A stretch of DNA of 64,000 bases from Candidatus Saccharimonadales bacterium (GCA_035480035.1 DATIID010000001.1:265323-329322), one strand, 5' to 3'. Positions 16,564-26,493 are shown, counted from the stretch's first letter. Numbers and translations are program-made. The notes: generated by a model from the sequence alone, not told the origin.

Positions 16564-17914
16564 CTTTCATTTCACCATTAAGGACATCCTCGGCTGCCTT
16601 AGGGTTATCAGCAATGACCCGTTTGACTATCTCGGTGATCTCATCGATATCGGAAACTTGAATAAGGTTAAGCTCTTCAGCGATTTTATCGGGATTCTTC
16701 AAGCTTAAGTTCATTCTTATCCATATTTCCTTCCCAGCGGTTGAACTGAGTTGATTGCTAGCTAACATTTCAGACAATTTTATTGCCTGTTTAACCGATG
16801 CTTTGAAAGGTGTTAACTCAGCTCTACCTTGTATTAATTTATCAAAACTATTAACAGCCAAATTTGCTATTCGTTTGGCGTGATCAACCCCGTAGCTGTC
16901 AATTATAGTTTTAATGCGCAGAGATTTATCAGGTGATAAAAGAAGAATCTCTGTCGTGGTATTGTCAATACCTGCTTTACGAAATAGAGTTCGATAATCA
17001 TTTGGCATTGTTGGTATATCTTTTTCAATATTTTTAAGATAGTCATCGTCTAAAACTATTGGTGGGACATCTGGTTCGGGCATATAACGGTAATCATGGG
17101 CGTCTTCTTTGCTGCGCTGCGATACTGTTTTTTGTTTAGCTTCGTCCCAACCACGAGTTTCTTGAACTATTTTTTCACCTTTTTCCAGCAATTCAGTCTG
17201 TCGTTTAATTTCATACTCGACCGCTTTTTCGACAGAACGAAAACTGTTCAGGTTTTTGGTTTCGGTACGGGTACCTAATTTGTCGTTAGGGCTGATGCTG
17301 ACGTTTACATCAAAGCGCATGTTGCCGTAATACAAGTTAGCATAACTAACGTCGGCATAACGCATAAGTAGATAGAGTTCCTTAACATACGCTTTAGCTT
17401 CGGCGGCTGAATGCATGTCTGGTTCACTGACAATCTCAAGCAGTGGTGTACCAGCTCGATTTAAATCAACTAAGCTATAGTCTTTGCCGGCTGGATGGGT
17501 ACTTTTACCAGCGTCTTCTTCAAGGTGAGCCCTGGTAATCCGGACGATTTTAGGTTTGCCGTCAACGAAGGTTTCAACTTTTCCGCCAACAATAATTGGT
17601 TGATCATACTGAGTAATCTGGTAGCCCTTTGGTAAATCAGGATAAAAATAATGTTTGCGATCAAATTTACTAAAATGCTGTGGTTTAGTATTAAGTGCCA
17701 GGGCCGCCCGGCTAGCCAAATGAATCGCTTCACGATTTAAAACCGGTAAAGCTCCGGGCATACCTAAACAAATATAGCTGATTAACGTATTCGGGGGGGC
17801 CTCACGAGCATCGTTGCCAACCGCTGCAAATAATTTAGTTTTAGTTTTCAGTTGAACATGACATTCAATGCCAATTGTTGGCTGATAGGTCTTAAACTTC
17901 TTTGGATTGGCCAT
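16466..17914 (-). CDS. gatB: Asp/Glu-tRNA amidotransferase subunit B
   Basis: 482 aa; YQPTIGIECHVQLKTKTKLF N-terminus, and the GatB core and YqeY-like tail are recognisable. Confidence 0.95.
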   Translation of the reverse strand: MANPKKFKTYQPTIGIECHVQLKTKTKLFAAVGNDAREAPPNTLISYICLGMPGALPVLNREAIHLASRAALALNTKPQHFSKFDRKHYFYPDLPKGYQITQYDQPIIVGGKVETFVDGKPKIVRITRAHLEEDAGKSTHPAGKDYSLVDLNRAGTPLLEIVSEPDMHSAAEAKAYVKELYLLMRYADVSYANLYYGNMRFDVNVSISPNDKLGTRTETKNLNSFRSVEKAVEYEIKRQTELLEKGEKIVQETRGWDEAKQKTVSQRSKEDAHDYRYMPEPDVPPIVLDDDYLKNIEKDIPTMPNDYRTLFRKAGIDNTTTEILLLSPDKSLRIKTIIDSYGVDHAKRIANLAVNSFDKLIQGRAELTPFKASVKQAIKLSEMLASNQLSSTAGKEIWIRMNLSLKNPDKIAEELNLIQVSDIDEITEIVKRVIADNPKAAEDVLNGEMKAIGFLVGQVMQQSQGKANPQLAQELIRKHLKS

Positions 17915-18323
17915 TGGGCAACGCTCCTAGATCTTTAAGGGCTTGGCGATAAGCCACTAATGCCGCCTTTACATCAACCTCTTTTAATCTAACATCGTTG
18001 TCAATCAGAACTTTTTTGCACAAATTATGAGCAAACCAAATGCCGTCATTGTTGGTCAGAGTACGTTGGGCTGAAACCAAGCGTTCGCCCATGCTTTTAC
18101 CTTTGAATCGGCGACGGCGAAGAGCCGAATCGAGCAACTTGTCAGCATCAGTTAGCGCCATTGGCCAGGTGGCTTTGTCCCGACAAAAGGCCTGCAGCTT
18201 TTTCCATTTGGCTACATATTGATTAATGTCTAGCTTGCGCGGTTTTTTCCTAAATACCACAAAGCTAGCAACAATAGCGGCGAGTAGAATTACGACAATA
18301 GTAACGATTGTGCCGACTTTCAT
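17892..18323 (-). CDS. hypothetical N-terminally anchored membrane protein inserted between gatA and gatB
   Basis: 143 aa with one TM (VGTIVTIVVILLAAIVASFVVF) followed by a basic helical domain. ATGA overlap with the gatA stop and a 23-nt overlap with the gatB start. Confidence 0.65.
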   Translation of the reverse strand: MKVGTIVTIVVILLAAIVASFVVFRKKPRKLDINQYVAKWKKLQAFCRDKATWPMALTDADKLLDSALRRRRFKGKSMGERLVSAQRTLTNNDGIWFAHNLCKKVLIDNDVRLKEVDVKAALVAYRQALKDLGALPNGQSKEV

Positions 18324-19756
18324 AATAAGTTCTCCACTTCGTTGGCTAGTGCCAATAACTGTTGGTCATGTTTCTGGGGAGCCATAATTTGTAAACCGAT
18401 TGGTAGTCCATTGCTGGTACCCGCCGGAATGGAAATAGCTGGATTGCCAACTAGATTAGCGGCCACCGTCATGACATCAGTAAGATACATTTTTAATGGA
18501 TCGTTGATGTTTTGACCAATTTTAAAAGCAGTGGTTGGTGCAACCGGACCAATTAAAAAATCAACCTGTTTAAACGTATCGTTAAACTCTTCAATTAACT
18601 TAGTTCGAACAGTTTGAGCCTTTTTATAGTAAGCATCATAATAGCCACTACTCAAGACGTAAGTGCCAATCATAATCCGTCGTTTAGCCTCATTACCAAA
18701 TCCCTCGCTACGGCTCCAAACATAACTTTCATCTAAAGTCGATGCTTTAGGATGACTGAATCCATAGCGTTGACCGTCATAGCGGCTTAAATTACTGCTG
18801 ACCTCAGCGGGACAAATAATGTAGTAGCAAGCTAAAGCTAGAGGTAGTGATGGCAGACTGACTTCGCTAATGTTGGCACCGGCGGCTTTGAGTTTATTAG
18901 CGGCCGATAATATTTTAGTTTTGACATCTGAATCGATACCTTCATTTAAATATTCTTTGATAACGCCAATCTTCAGATTTTTTATACTTTTTTTCAGACT
19001 AGTGTACGATTTTTGCCGTTCAATCGTGGTGCTATCGAGTTCATCACGACCAGCGATTACGTCAAGTATCAAAGCGGCATCGCTAACTGTTCGGGTCAAT
19101 GGCCCAATTACGTCAGTGCTGCTGGCCATAGCTACCACGCCACTTCGTGAAACCAGGCCATAGGTCGGTTTGTAGCCAACTGCGCCAGTAAACGAAGCTG
19201 GCAAGCGAATTGACCCACCAGTATCTGTACCAAGCGCGAAAGGCACCATATCCAAAATCACCGCTGCCGCCGAACCGCCAGACGAGCCGCCTGGCACCCG
19301 CGAACGATCATGTGGGTTTTTAGTAACTTTAAAGTCGCTGTTTTCGGTGCTAGTACCATGAGCAAAAGCATCGAGGTTAGCTTTAGCGATACAGATTGCA
19401 CCTTCAGCCTCCAGTAGCTCTATGGCTGTAGCCTGATATGGCGCATTAAACCCTTTCAAGATATTGCTGGCCGCTGTGGTCTCGGCGCCAAATGCCAAAA
19501 AATTGTCTTTGGCGATAAATGGTACGCCAGCTAAACGCCCGGCTGACTTGCCGTTAGCCACTAGTTTGTCAACTGCCTCAGCGCGTTGGAGTGCCCGTTT
19601 TTCTGTAGTATCAATAACGGCATCAAACTGACTGTTCTGCTCAATTGCTTCAAGGGCTTGCTTAACTTGCGATAAGGCAGATACCTGACCACTTTGGACA
19701 CTATTAGCAATATCTTCGATTGATGGCCATTGGCTGGTCTTTATTAATTGGCTCAA
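18320..19756 (-). CDS. gatA: Glu-tRNA(Gln) amidotransferase subunit A
   Basis: 478 aa with the amidase signature (GGSSGGSAAAV...GTDTGGSIRLPASF). Confidence 0.95.
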   Translation of the reverse strand: MSQLIKTSQWPSIEDIANSVQSGQVSALSQVKQALEAIEQNSQFDAVIDTTEKRALQRAEAVDKLVANGKSAGRLAGVPFIAKDNFLAFGAETTAASNILKGFNAPYQATAIELLEAEGAICIAKANLDAFAHGTSTENSDFKVTKNPHDRSRVPGGSSGGSAAAVILDMVPFALGTDTGGSIRLPASFTGAVGYKPTYGLVSRSGVVAMASSTDVIGPLTRTVSDAALILDVIAGRDELDSTTIERQKSYTSLKKSIKNLKIGVIKEYLNEGIDSDVKTKILSAANKLKAAGANISEVSLPSLPLALACYYIICPAEVSSNLSRYDGQRYGFSHPKASTLDESYVWSRSEGFGNEAKRRIMIGTYVLSSGYYDAYYKKAQTVRTKLIEEFNDTFKQVDFLIGPVAPTTAFKIGQNINDPLKMYLTDVMTVAANLVGNPAISIPAGTSNGLPIGLQIMAPQKHDQQLLALANEVENLL

Positions 19757-20046
19757 GTCAACATCCTTTTAACTTTTATCTGGCCGTCTTTAACAGCTGG
19801 AGCGTTTTCGAGCAATTCTTCTGGTGATACACCGTAATCTTTAATTTCATCATCGCGCATCACATTTGTCAGTCCACTAACCTGTGAAGTTGGTTCATAA
19901 CCAGTTAAATTAACTGTTTGAAGCAGTTCAACGTAGCCTAAAATAGCACTGATTTCAGTCTGAAAGCGTTTTGCTTCATCATCAGTTAAATGAAGTCTTG
20001 CTAAAGCCGCCAATTTCAAAATATCGTCGTGGGTTAACCTAGCCAT
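19753..20046 (-). CDS. gatC: Asp/Glu-tRNA amidotransferase subunit C
   Basis: 97 aa; LAALARLHLTDDE... is GatC-like, with a 4-nt overlap with gatA. Confidence 0.9.
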   Translation of the reverse strand: MARLTHDDILKLAALARLHLTDDEAKRFQTEISAILGYVELLQTVNLTGYEPTSQVSGLTNVMRDDEIKDYGVSPEELLENAPAVKDGQIKVKRMLT

Positions 20047-20141
20047 TTCCCTCTAGTATAACAGAGACCACTCGTCAGTGTCTTTACAAAATCTATAAAT
20101 AGGTGCACCATAATAGTTGATAAACTAATCTAAATATAAAT

Positions 20142-21110
20142 ATGTCAACCTTAATGGCCGAACCGAGCCTATACCGACACCCTCAACTAGAAATTGAGGG
20201 TGTTTTTGATATAAATCAGAATGAAGAATCGCAGCCACGTCTAGCGCATGGCCAGGTTGACGTTGGTCGAGTGCCAATCAGTTATACAGCCGGATTGCCA
20301 GAACAACGTATTTATGATGGTTGGGCAAGCTTTGAACCAGGTTTCGGCGGACTTAAAAGCACTTCTCGACCATTAAGGAATGCTCTTAGCGAGCTAGGAC
20401 TGATCACTGTTACTTATGGTCCGGCTCGTAACGATAACGATAATCCATGGACCCGTTTAACCCGTTCCCAAGATACACACATCCAGACAATAGAAGCTAT
20501 AGCGAACGACATATCCAAAAACCCGGCAATCAAAAGGACTGCGCCTGATTATAAAACAATTGACTTCGACAGACAGGTACTGATTCCGCATTCGATGGGC
20601 GGTTTAGCTGCTGTACCTTACGCCGAAAAACAAATTAATAACGACAATCATAACACTTCCATTGATGCCATTATTAGTTTAAGTTCGGCCGGTTATGGCT
20701 CGCCTAGTTTTAAGCAAATAGCACATGCCATACCGCTTGGGGTAGGCCGGGCCATTCGCGATGAATTAGTACCTGGACTAAAAAACACAGACATAGCAAT
20801 TAACCCTACTAATCTGGCTAGGATAATCCACTACTATGGCCGAAATCCAGGACGAACGATTGGTGAGGCTTTATCTTGCTTAACTCAAGATGTTCGACCG
20901 GCCGTTAAAAGATTGGGTGAACAAGGTGTTAAGACCGCTTTTATAGCCTTTGAAAATGACATTTTAATTCCACCTAATGAGCAAATTAGTGATGTAGTTG
21001 ACCTTTATCACGTGATGCCTGATTCTGGTCATTCTGCGCCACAATTTGAACCTAAACGTGTTGCCAATATGATTGTTGACAGCTTGCATCAACTTGAATT
21101 AACAACCTAA
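20142..21110 (+). CDS. alpha/beta-hydrolase-fold protein
   Basis: 322 aa with a nucleophile elbow (IPHSMGGLA, the GxSxG class) and a late His (DSGHSAP). Substrate unknown. Confidence 0.6.
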   Translation: MSTLMAEPSLYRHPQLEIEGVFDINQNEESQPRLAHGQVDVGRVPISYTAGLPEQRIYDGWASFEPGFGGLKSTSRPLRNALSELGLITVTYGPARNDNDNPWTRLTRSQDTHIQTIEAIANDISKNPAIKRTAPDYKTIDFDRQVLIPHSMGGLAAVPYAEKQINNDNHNTSIDAIISLSSAGYGSPSFKQIAHAIPLGVGRAIRDELVPGLKNTDIAINPTNLARIIHYYGRNPGRTIGEALSCLTQDVRPAVKRLGEQGVKTAFIAFENDILIPPNEQISDVVDLYHVMPDSGHSAPQFEPKRVANMIVDSLHQLELTT

Positions 21111-21117
21111 TCGCTAC

Positions 21118-23082
21118 TTAAAGTTTAGCCTTAATATCAGAAATTATGTCACGCAGTTCGGCGGCTTGTTCAAATTGTAAATTGGCAGAGGCTAAATCCA
21201 TCTGTGATGTCAAATCTTTGATCAGCTGAGGATACTCATCTTTGGGAATTTTCTTAAGATTTAGTTTGGCGGTTTTAGCTTCCTCGGGTAAATCTGGTCG
21301 CATGCCCTTTTCAACTGCTTTGCTGATGCCTTTGGGTTTAATGCCGTGTTGTTTATTGTAGTCGGATTGAATTTTACGTCGGCGATTTGTTTCATCAATG
21401 GCTCGGCGCATACTGCCAGTAATTACATCAGCATACATTATGACTCGGCCGTTGACATGACGAGCGGCTCGGCCAATAGTTTGAATTAAGGCTTGAGTAC
21501 TCCGTAAAAAACCTTCTTTATCAGCATCTAAAATAGTTACTAGACTAACTTCTGGTAAATCCAAACCTTCTCGAAGTAAATTAATGCCGACCACCACATC
21601 ATAGACGCCCAATCGTAAGTCACGTAAGATGTCAGTTCGATCAAGCGTGTCCACGTCACTGTGCAGATAAGTTACTTTGATGTTTATTTCCTTTAGATAA
21701 TCTGTAAGGTCTTCAGCCATGCGCTTGGTTAATGTGGTTACCAGAACTCGTTGACGTTTTTCAACAGTTGTTCGAATTTCAGCAATCAGATCGTCAATTT
21801 GACCGTCAACTGGACGAACTTCAATTTCTGGATCAATTAGCCCAGTTGGGCGAATCACTTGCTCGGCTGGTTGGAGGCTGCGGCTTAGCTCATACTCCGC
21901 CGGCGTAGCACTGACGTAAACAACCTGGTTAATATGCTTCTCAAACTCGGTAAATGTCAACGGCCGGTTATCCAGAGCACTTGGCAAGCGAAAACCATAC
22001 TCCACCAATGCTTCTTTGCGCGCCCGATCACCGTTATACATACCACGTACTTGCGGAATCGTCATATGCGATTCATCAATCAACATCAGGTAATCATCCG
22101 AAAAATAGTCGAGTAGTGTGGCCGGTTGTTCACCCGGCTCACGATTAGTTAAATAACGGCTGTAGTTTTCAATCCCTTTAACAAAACCGGTTTCGGCCAT
22201 CATTTCTAGATCGAATTTAGTCCGTTCCTGAATCCGCTGGGCTTCAATTAATTTGCCGTGTTTTTTAAAAAAGCGCGTGCGTTCATCAAGTTCGGTTTCA
22301 ATTTGGCCTAAAGCTAGTTTTAGTTTGTCTTCGGGTGTGACGTAGTGGCTGCTTGGAAAAACTTTCAATTTATCAGGTTTGGCTAGAATTTCGCCGGTCA
22401 ATGGGTCAAGCTGAGTGATTCTTTCAATTTCATCGCCAAAAAATTCCACCCGGTAAGCCACTTCCTCACCAGCCGGAAATATATCGACTACGTCACCGCG
22501 CACTCGAAAGACACCACGATGAAAGTCTAAGTCGTTACGTTGGTACTGAATATCGGTTAGTTGCCGGAGTAGCTTATCGCGAACTCGGCGTTCACCTTTT
22601 TTTAGACTGATCGCTAAATTGCCATAGTCTTCGACAGAGCCAATACCGTAGATACAGCTGACACTGGCCACGATAATGACATCGCGCCGGGTTAACAGCG
22701 AGTCTGTTGCGGCGTGGCGCAAACGATCAATTTCTTCATTAATCTGGCTGTCTTTTTCGATGTAAGTATCACTTCTGGCAATGTAGGCTTCGGGCTGATA
22801 GTAATCAAAATAGCTGACGAAGTAATGGACTGCGTTGTTTGGGAAATATTGCTTGAATTCACTGTATAGTTGAGCCGCCAAGGTCTTGTTGTGGCTAAGT
22901 ACTAAGGTTGGACGCTGGGTATTTTGAATTAAATTAGCCATTGTGAAGGTTTTACCCGACCCGGTCACACCAAGCAAAACTTGTTCATGGGCTTTATTAA
23001 CTAGACCGTCCGTCAATTGTTTGATAGCAGTCGGTTGATCGCCCGTCGGTTTATATCCACTCTTAAGCTGGAACTTAGCCAT
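21118..23082 (-). CDS. uvrB: excinuclease ABC subunit B
   Basis: 654 aa; [10 protein letters not shown] Walker A, helicase motifs, and a C-terminal UVR domain (FEQAAELRD). Confidence 0.95.
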   Translation of the reverse strand: MAKFQLKSGYKPTGDQPTAIKQLTDGLVNKAHEQVLLGVTGSGKTFTMANLIQNTQRPTLVLSHNKTLAAQLYSEFKQYFPNNAVHYFVSYFDYYQPEAYIARSDTYIEKDSQINEEIDRLRHAATDSLLTRRDVIIVASVSCIYGIGSVEDYGNLAISLKKGERRVRDKLLRQLTDIQYQRNDLDFHRGVFRVRGDVVDIFPAGEEVAYRVEFFGDEIERITQLDPLTGEILAKPDKLKVFPSSHYVTPEDKLKLALGQIETELDERTRFFKKHGKLIEAQRIQERTKFDLEMMAETGFVKGIENYSRYLTNREPGEQPATLLDYFSDDYLMLIDESHMTIPQVRGMYNGDRARKEALVEYGFRLPSALDNRPLTFTEFEKHINQVVYVSATPAEYELSRSLQPAEQVIRPTGLIDPEIEVRPVDGQIDDLIAEIRTTVEKRQRVLVTTLTKRMAEDLTDYLKEINIKVTYLHSDVDTLDRTDILRDLRLGVYDVVVGINLLREGLDLPEVSLVTILDADKEGFLRSTQALIQTIGRAARHVNGRVIMYADVITGSMRRAIDETNRRRKIQSDYNKQHGIKPKGISKAVEKGMRPDLPEEAKTAKLNLKKIPKDEYPQLIKDLTSQMDLASANLQFEQAAELRDIISDIKAKL

Positions 23083-23108
23083 CCTTATATTGTAGCAAGC
23101 TAACTAGA

Positions 23109-23849
23109 CTACTTAATGACAAGTGTTTTAAGGGCATCTTCAATATAAGGTGTTTGATCCTTTTCACCGTTTAGAATGTCATGTACAGCATAAATGTGTA
23201 CGCTCCCCGAACCTACAAAGTATGTATATTCTTTAGTGCCGAACGGTATGTCCATCATTGGCGTTTTTTCTTTTTGAACAAAGTAATACTTTTTCACAGT
23301 TAAACCTCCGGCGGTTTTAAAGTCAGTTTGTTTTACTCCACGTAAATCTGCATTAGTTGGTCCCTGTGAGACTGTGTCTAGCAAAAATGGTATGTTTGTA
23401 AAGTCCTTACCGCCTATCGTTTCTTCAACCTTTGCTTTAGTACCCTTTTTATAAACAATATCGTTTGCACTGGAAGTAAATAGATTTTTTACATCTGTAT
23501 TAGTTGTTAAGTCCCAGCCATCAGGAATTCTAATGCTATATTTGGCTGAATTAAAAAGATACCAGTTAGCTGTTTCGTCTGATGTGTCAGTAAATTTTTG
23601 GCCGTTTTTAGTCGCACAGATTTCAGGAAAAGTTTCTTGTATTTTGCTACCAACGGCTTTCTTGCATTCATCAAAATTTGTAATTTTTGTGGTTTGAGCA
23701 TAGCTATTTTGGTTAGCTTTATTAAGTGAATCATCAGTTGATTGTTTGCTGTGCCAGACATACCAGCCAGTAGCGCCAATCATACTGACAATAATCAAGA
23801 TTAATATTGTTTCTATTGTTCCAATTCCACTCTCATTGAGTTTTTTCAT
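23109..23849 (-). CDS. hypothetical exported protein with an atypical prepilin-like N-terminus
   Basis: 246 aa. MKKLNESG|IGTIETILILIIVSMIG has Gly at -1, Glu at +5 and a hydrophobic helix, as in class III (prepilin) signals. The mature part is unknown (contains IPDGW). SD AAGGGGGA. Confidence 0.5.
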   Translation of the reverse strand: MKKLNESGIGTIETILILIIVSMIGATGWYVWHSKQSTDDSLNKANQNSYAQTTKITNFDECKKAVGSKIQETFPEICATKNGQKFTDTSDETANWYLFNSAKYSIRIPDGWDLTTNTDVKNLFTSSANDIVYKKGTKAKVEETIGGKDFTNIPFLLDTVSQGPTNADLRGVKQTDFKTAGGLTVKKYYFVQKEKTPMMDIPFGTKEYTYFVGSGSVHIYAVHDILNGEKDQTPYIEDALKTLVIK

Positions 23850-23867
23850 TTAATTCCCCCTTCATTA

Positions 23868-24509
23868 CTATCCACTGTGGCCACTGGTGCCTTTAATAGG
23901 CCGGCCATACTCATCGGTTTTGTCATCGTCTAAGTACCACGAGGCCGCCAAAGCTTTGGTATCGATGTCTTTATTATCGTTATTCAGACGGTTGATAATC
24001 AACCTAACTAGTTCTTCAGGATCATCATTATAAATCAAATTCTTCTGGTTAACGGGTTCTAGTCGCTGCATTAGCTCTTTGATAATATCAGCTGCGCCTT
24101 GGCTGCCAGTCAAAATACCACAAATAGTATTGCTCTCTAGCGCTGTGGTAAATTCATGCAAGCTGCCCATTCGGCCACCAATAGTAATCACAGCATCACT
24201 AGAAAGTACCAAGTGGGTATCTCGACCGACATAATGCATGCCCGTAAAATTAATAAAGTCATAAATCCCAATCGGCAGCCGATATTTGAAAACATGCTCG
24301 CGTAGTGATGACGCCGGCGAAAAGCCAATACTCATGCCACCAGCCGCTTTGGCTGCCCGGGCAGCATAATATGGCAGACCAACCGTGGCACCAGTAGTGA
24401 CAATATGGCCGGCTTTGGCAATTGATTGACCAATTTGTTCGGCTAACTTTTTGTCTAGCTCGACGGTTTTACCGGCCGCCGCACCGGATACACAAATAGC
24501 ATAATTCAT
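23868..24509 (-). CDS. LOG/SLOG-superfamily Rossmann protein (TIGR00725-like)
   Basis: 213 aa; ICVSGAAAG, TTGATVGLPYYAARAA and ITIGGRMGSLHEF (the GGxGTxxE-type motif), plus a C-terminal extension of about 45 aa. ATGA overlap with the upstream ORF. Confidence 0.6.
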   Translation of the reverse strand: MNYAICVSGAAAGKTVELDKKLAEQIGQSIAKAGHIVTTGATVGLPYYAARAAKAAGGMSIGFSPASSLREHVFKYRLPIGIYDFINFTGMHYVGRDTHLVLSSDAVITIGGRMGSLHEFTTALESNTICGILTGSQGAADIIKELMQRLEPVNQKNLIYNDDPEELVRLIINRLNNDNKDIDTKALAASWYLDDDKTDEYGRPIKGTSGHSG

Positions 24510-25771
24510 CCAAAAATCTCCTGGGCAATCATCGATACTGACCGAGATTCATTGTCCAACTGTTTCAATACTTGGGCTTCCAACGCCGGGTGGCTAAGGT
24601 AACGCATTTGCAACTCATTCCAAAGACTGTGGCGCATATAATGACAGCTTTGCTGACCATAGGGCACATTATTAAGGTAGTTGACGGCATTATCCATCAA
24701 GTTAAAGCTAATTGGTCGGTCTTCAACCATCAAACCAACGTAGTCCATCTCATGCCAATACATCAGTGCTGGTTCTAGACGATACAAAACTTCCTCGGCC
24801 TTGCGCCAAGCTAAATCACTAGCTTCAAGATATGGTTCAAACAAACCGTGATTGGCTGATTTAGATTGGTGAGCTAAATGTCGCTGAACAACCCGCCAAT
24901 GGACGGTATGCCGGCCGACCTTTAGTTTTCCGGTGTCGTCATCGGCAATTAATTTAACTACCATATCACCAAAGTTTGGTTCAATTTGTTTGAGTTTCAA
25001 AAATGCACCATATAATCTAATTTCGTTAATATAATACAAAATTATAGTCATTAGCATCATTGGTAGGCCTTTAAGTTGATCGACTGGTAATGGCAAAATC
25101 AATATTGAGCCTAGTTCTTTGGAGTGAATCAAATTATGGTGTGATTTACGAACATAGTCGCCCGTGATTGCTTGCCATCGTCCACCAGCTGGTTGAATAA
25201 ACTCAATTGGCCTAGCTTCAAAATCAGCCGGTTGGAGTTTTTTATAAGTTTTTATAAATTTACTCAGCCATTCTTCCGATTCTAAAATCCTAATTAGTCC
25301 GAATAACAGACCCATAGATTCGCGTTTCAACATCGAATCAATTGACCGATATTTCAATTTTTTCATAGTTTGCTGCGGTGGATTATTGGTTAATAAACGC
25401 TTAGCCACACTGTGTTTTAACGCCCAGGTTTGTTTGGGGATATTTAACCTTTCAATAACTAGCCGAATTTTAGTTATAACTTCTTCAACTTTGGCTAAAT
25501 CACTGAGACCAATATGTTTACTTAAAAATTGATTATGCAGGCCAACTAAATTCATCAAAGCGTAATAAAGCTCTTCGCTTGATGACTGGGTAGGATCTAA
25601 TTCTAAAGCTATAACGTGCCGATTGATTTTGGTGGCAATTTCAGCAGTTAAGCGAACATCGATACTTTGATTGCCACTGGCCTTTTCCAATTCAGTTACA
25701 TTAATTGAAAACCATGGCTCATTGGCCCCCAAAAGTTCCGACAAAGACTTCGACATAGTTACCATAAGCAT
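24506..25771 (-). CDS. hypothetical protein (421 aa), no motif recognised
   Basis: Long ORF on the same strand, translationally coupled to the LOG-like gene. The start is ambiguous: ATGs at 25771, 25765 and 25756. Confidence 0.6.
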   Translation of the reverse strand: MLMVTMSKSLSELLGANEPWFSINVTELEKASGNQSIDVRLTAEIATKINRHVIALELDPTQSSSEELYYALMNLVGLHNQFLSKHIGLSDLAKVEEVITKIRLVIERLNIPKQTWALKHSVAKRLLTNNPPQQTMKKLKYRSIDSMLKRESMGLLFGLIRILESEEWLSKFIKTYKKLQPADFEARPIEFIQPAGGRWQAITGDYVRKSHHNLIHSKELGSILILPLPVDQLKGLPMMLMTIILYYINEIRLYGAFLKLKQIEPNFGDMVVKLIADDDTGKLKVGRHTVHWRVVQRHLAHQSKSANHGLFEPYLEASDLAWRKAEEVLYRLEPALMYWHEMDYVGLMVEDRPISFNLMDNAVNYLNNVPYGQQSCHYMRHSLWNELQMRYLSHPALEAQVLKQLDNESRSVSMIAQEIFG

Positions 25772-25830
25772 AACATTTATCGGTGGTTCTATAAAAGGTG
25801 TGGTTGTTAATTTTTGACTAATGTGGTGTA

Positions 25831-26493
25831 ATGCGTCCTAATATGATTGAATATCGGGAGCTTGCTGACGCGGTCACATACGGCAGAGTGTTAGCAAATG
25901 GCGGGGTTATAGGCAGTTTGATAACGGCGCCACCTAATGATGAGTATTCTTGGGGCCGAGCCTGGAGTTATGGTGCGGCATGTACTGGCGATGTTGTCGA
26001 TGGTTGGCTCGCCCGTCGTGATTCGCGCGGCACTAATGACCATGGCGCGATGCTCGATCAAACTATGGACAAAGTGGCTTCATATGCCACAGAGGGAACT
26101 ATTGCCATTAAACACCGTGATCCTGTGGCTGGCGTTTCAGTAGCCGTTGATCTTATGCGCGATAGGATAGTTAATGGTAAACGCCGAGAAATAATCGCCG
26201 TTAATAAACTTTTGGACGAACAAGGTAAACCAGAAATTGCCCTGAAGGCTCGCAAATTAGGTAAAATAAAAACTTTGGCAAAATCAGTTACAAACGGTTT
26301 CGCTATGTCGCCGCTTGGTGAAAAATATCCGAATACTATCCGCCTAATGCGAGTTGGTTGCATGGCTTTAACGGTTGCCAGTGGTGTTGATTTCGTCAAA
26401 AAAGCCGATCAGGCTTTAGTCGAGTTTTATGCAGATCAAAACGGTTCGGGTTTATACCAAGAGGGTGCCTTTTCCAATAACTCGCTAAGCTGA
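25831..26493 (+). CDS. CDP-alcohol phosphatidyltransferase-family homolog with unusually polar helices
   Basis: 220 aa; D54-x2-DG-x2-AR-x9-G-x3-D-x3-D80 (GDVVDGWLARRDSRGTNDHGAMLDQTMD). Further PgsA-like landmarks are MRDRIV and GKIKT. The expected TM segments contain many charged or polar residues. Confidence 0.6.
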   Translation: MRPNMIEYRELADAVTYGRVLANGGVIGSLITAPPNDEYSWGRAWSYGAACTGDVVDGWLARRDSRGTNDHGAMLDQTMDKVASYATEGTIAIKHRDPVAGVSVAVDLMRDRIVNGKRREIIAVNKLLDEQGKPEIALKARKLGKIKTLAKSVTNGFAMSPLGEKYPNTIRLMRVGCMALTVASGVDFVKKADQALVEFYADQNGSGLYQEGAFSNNSLS

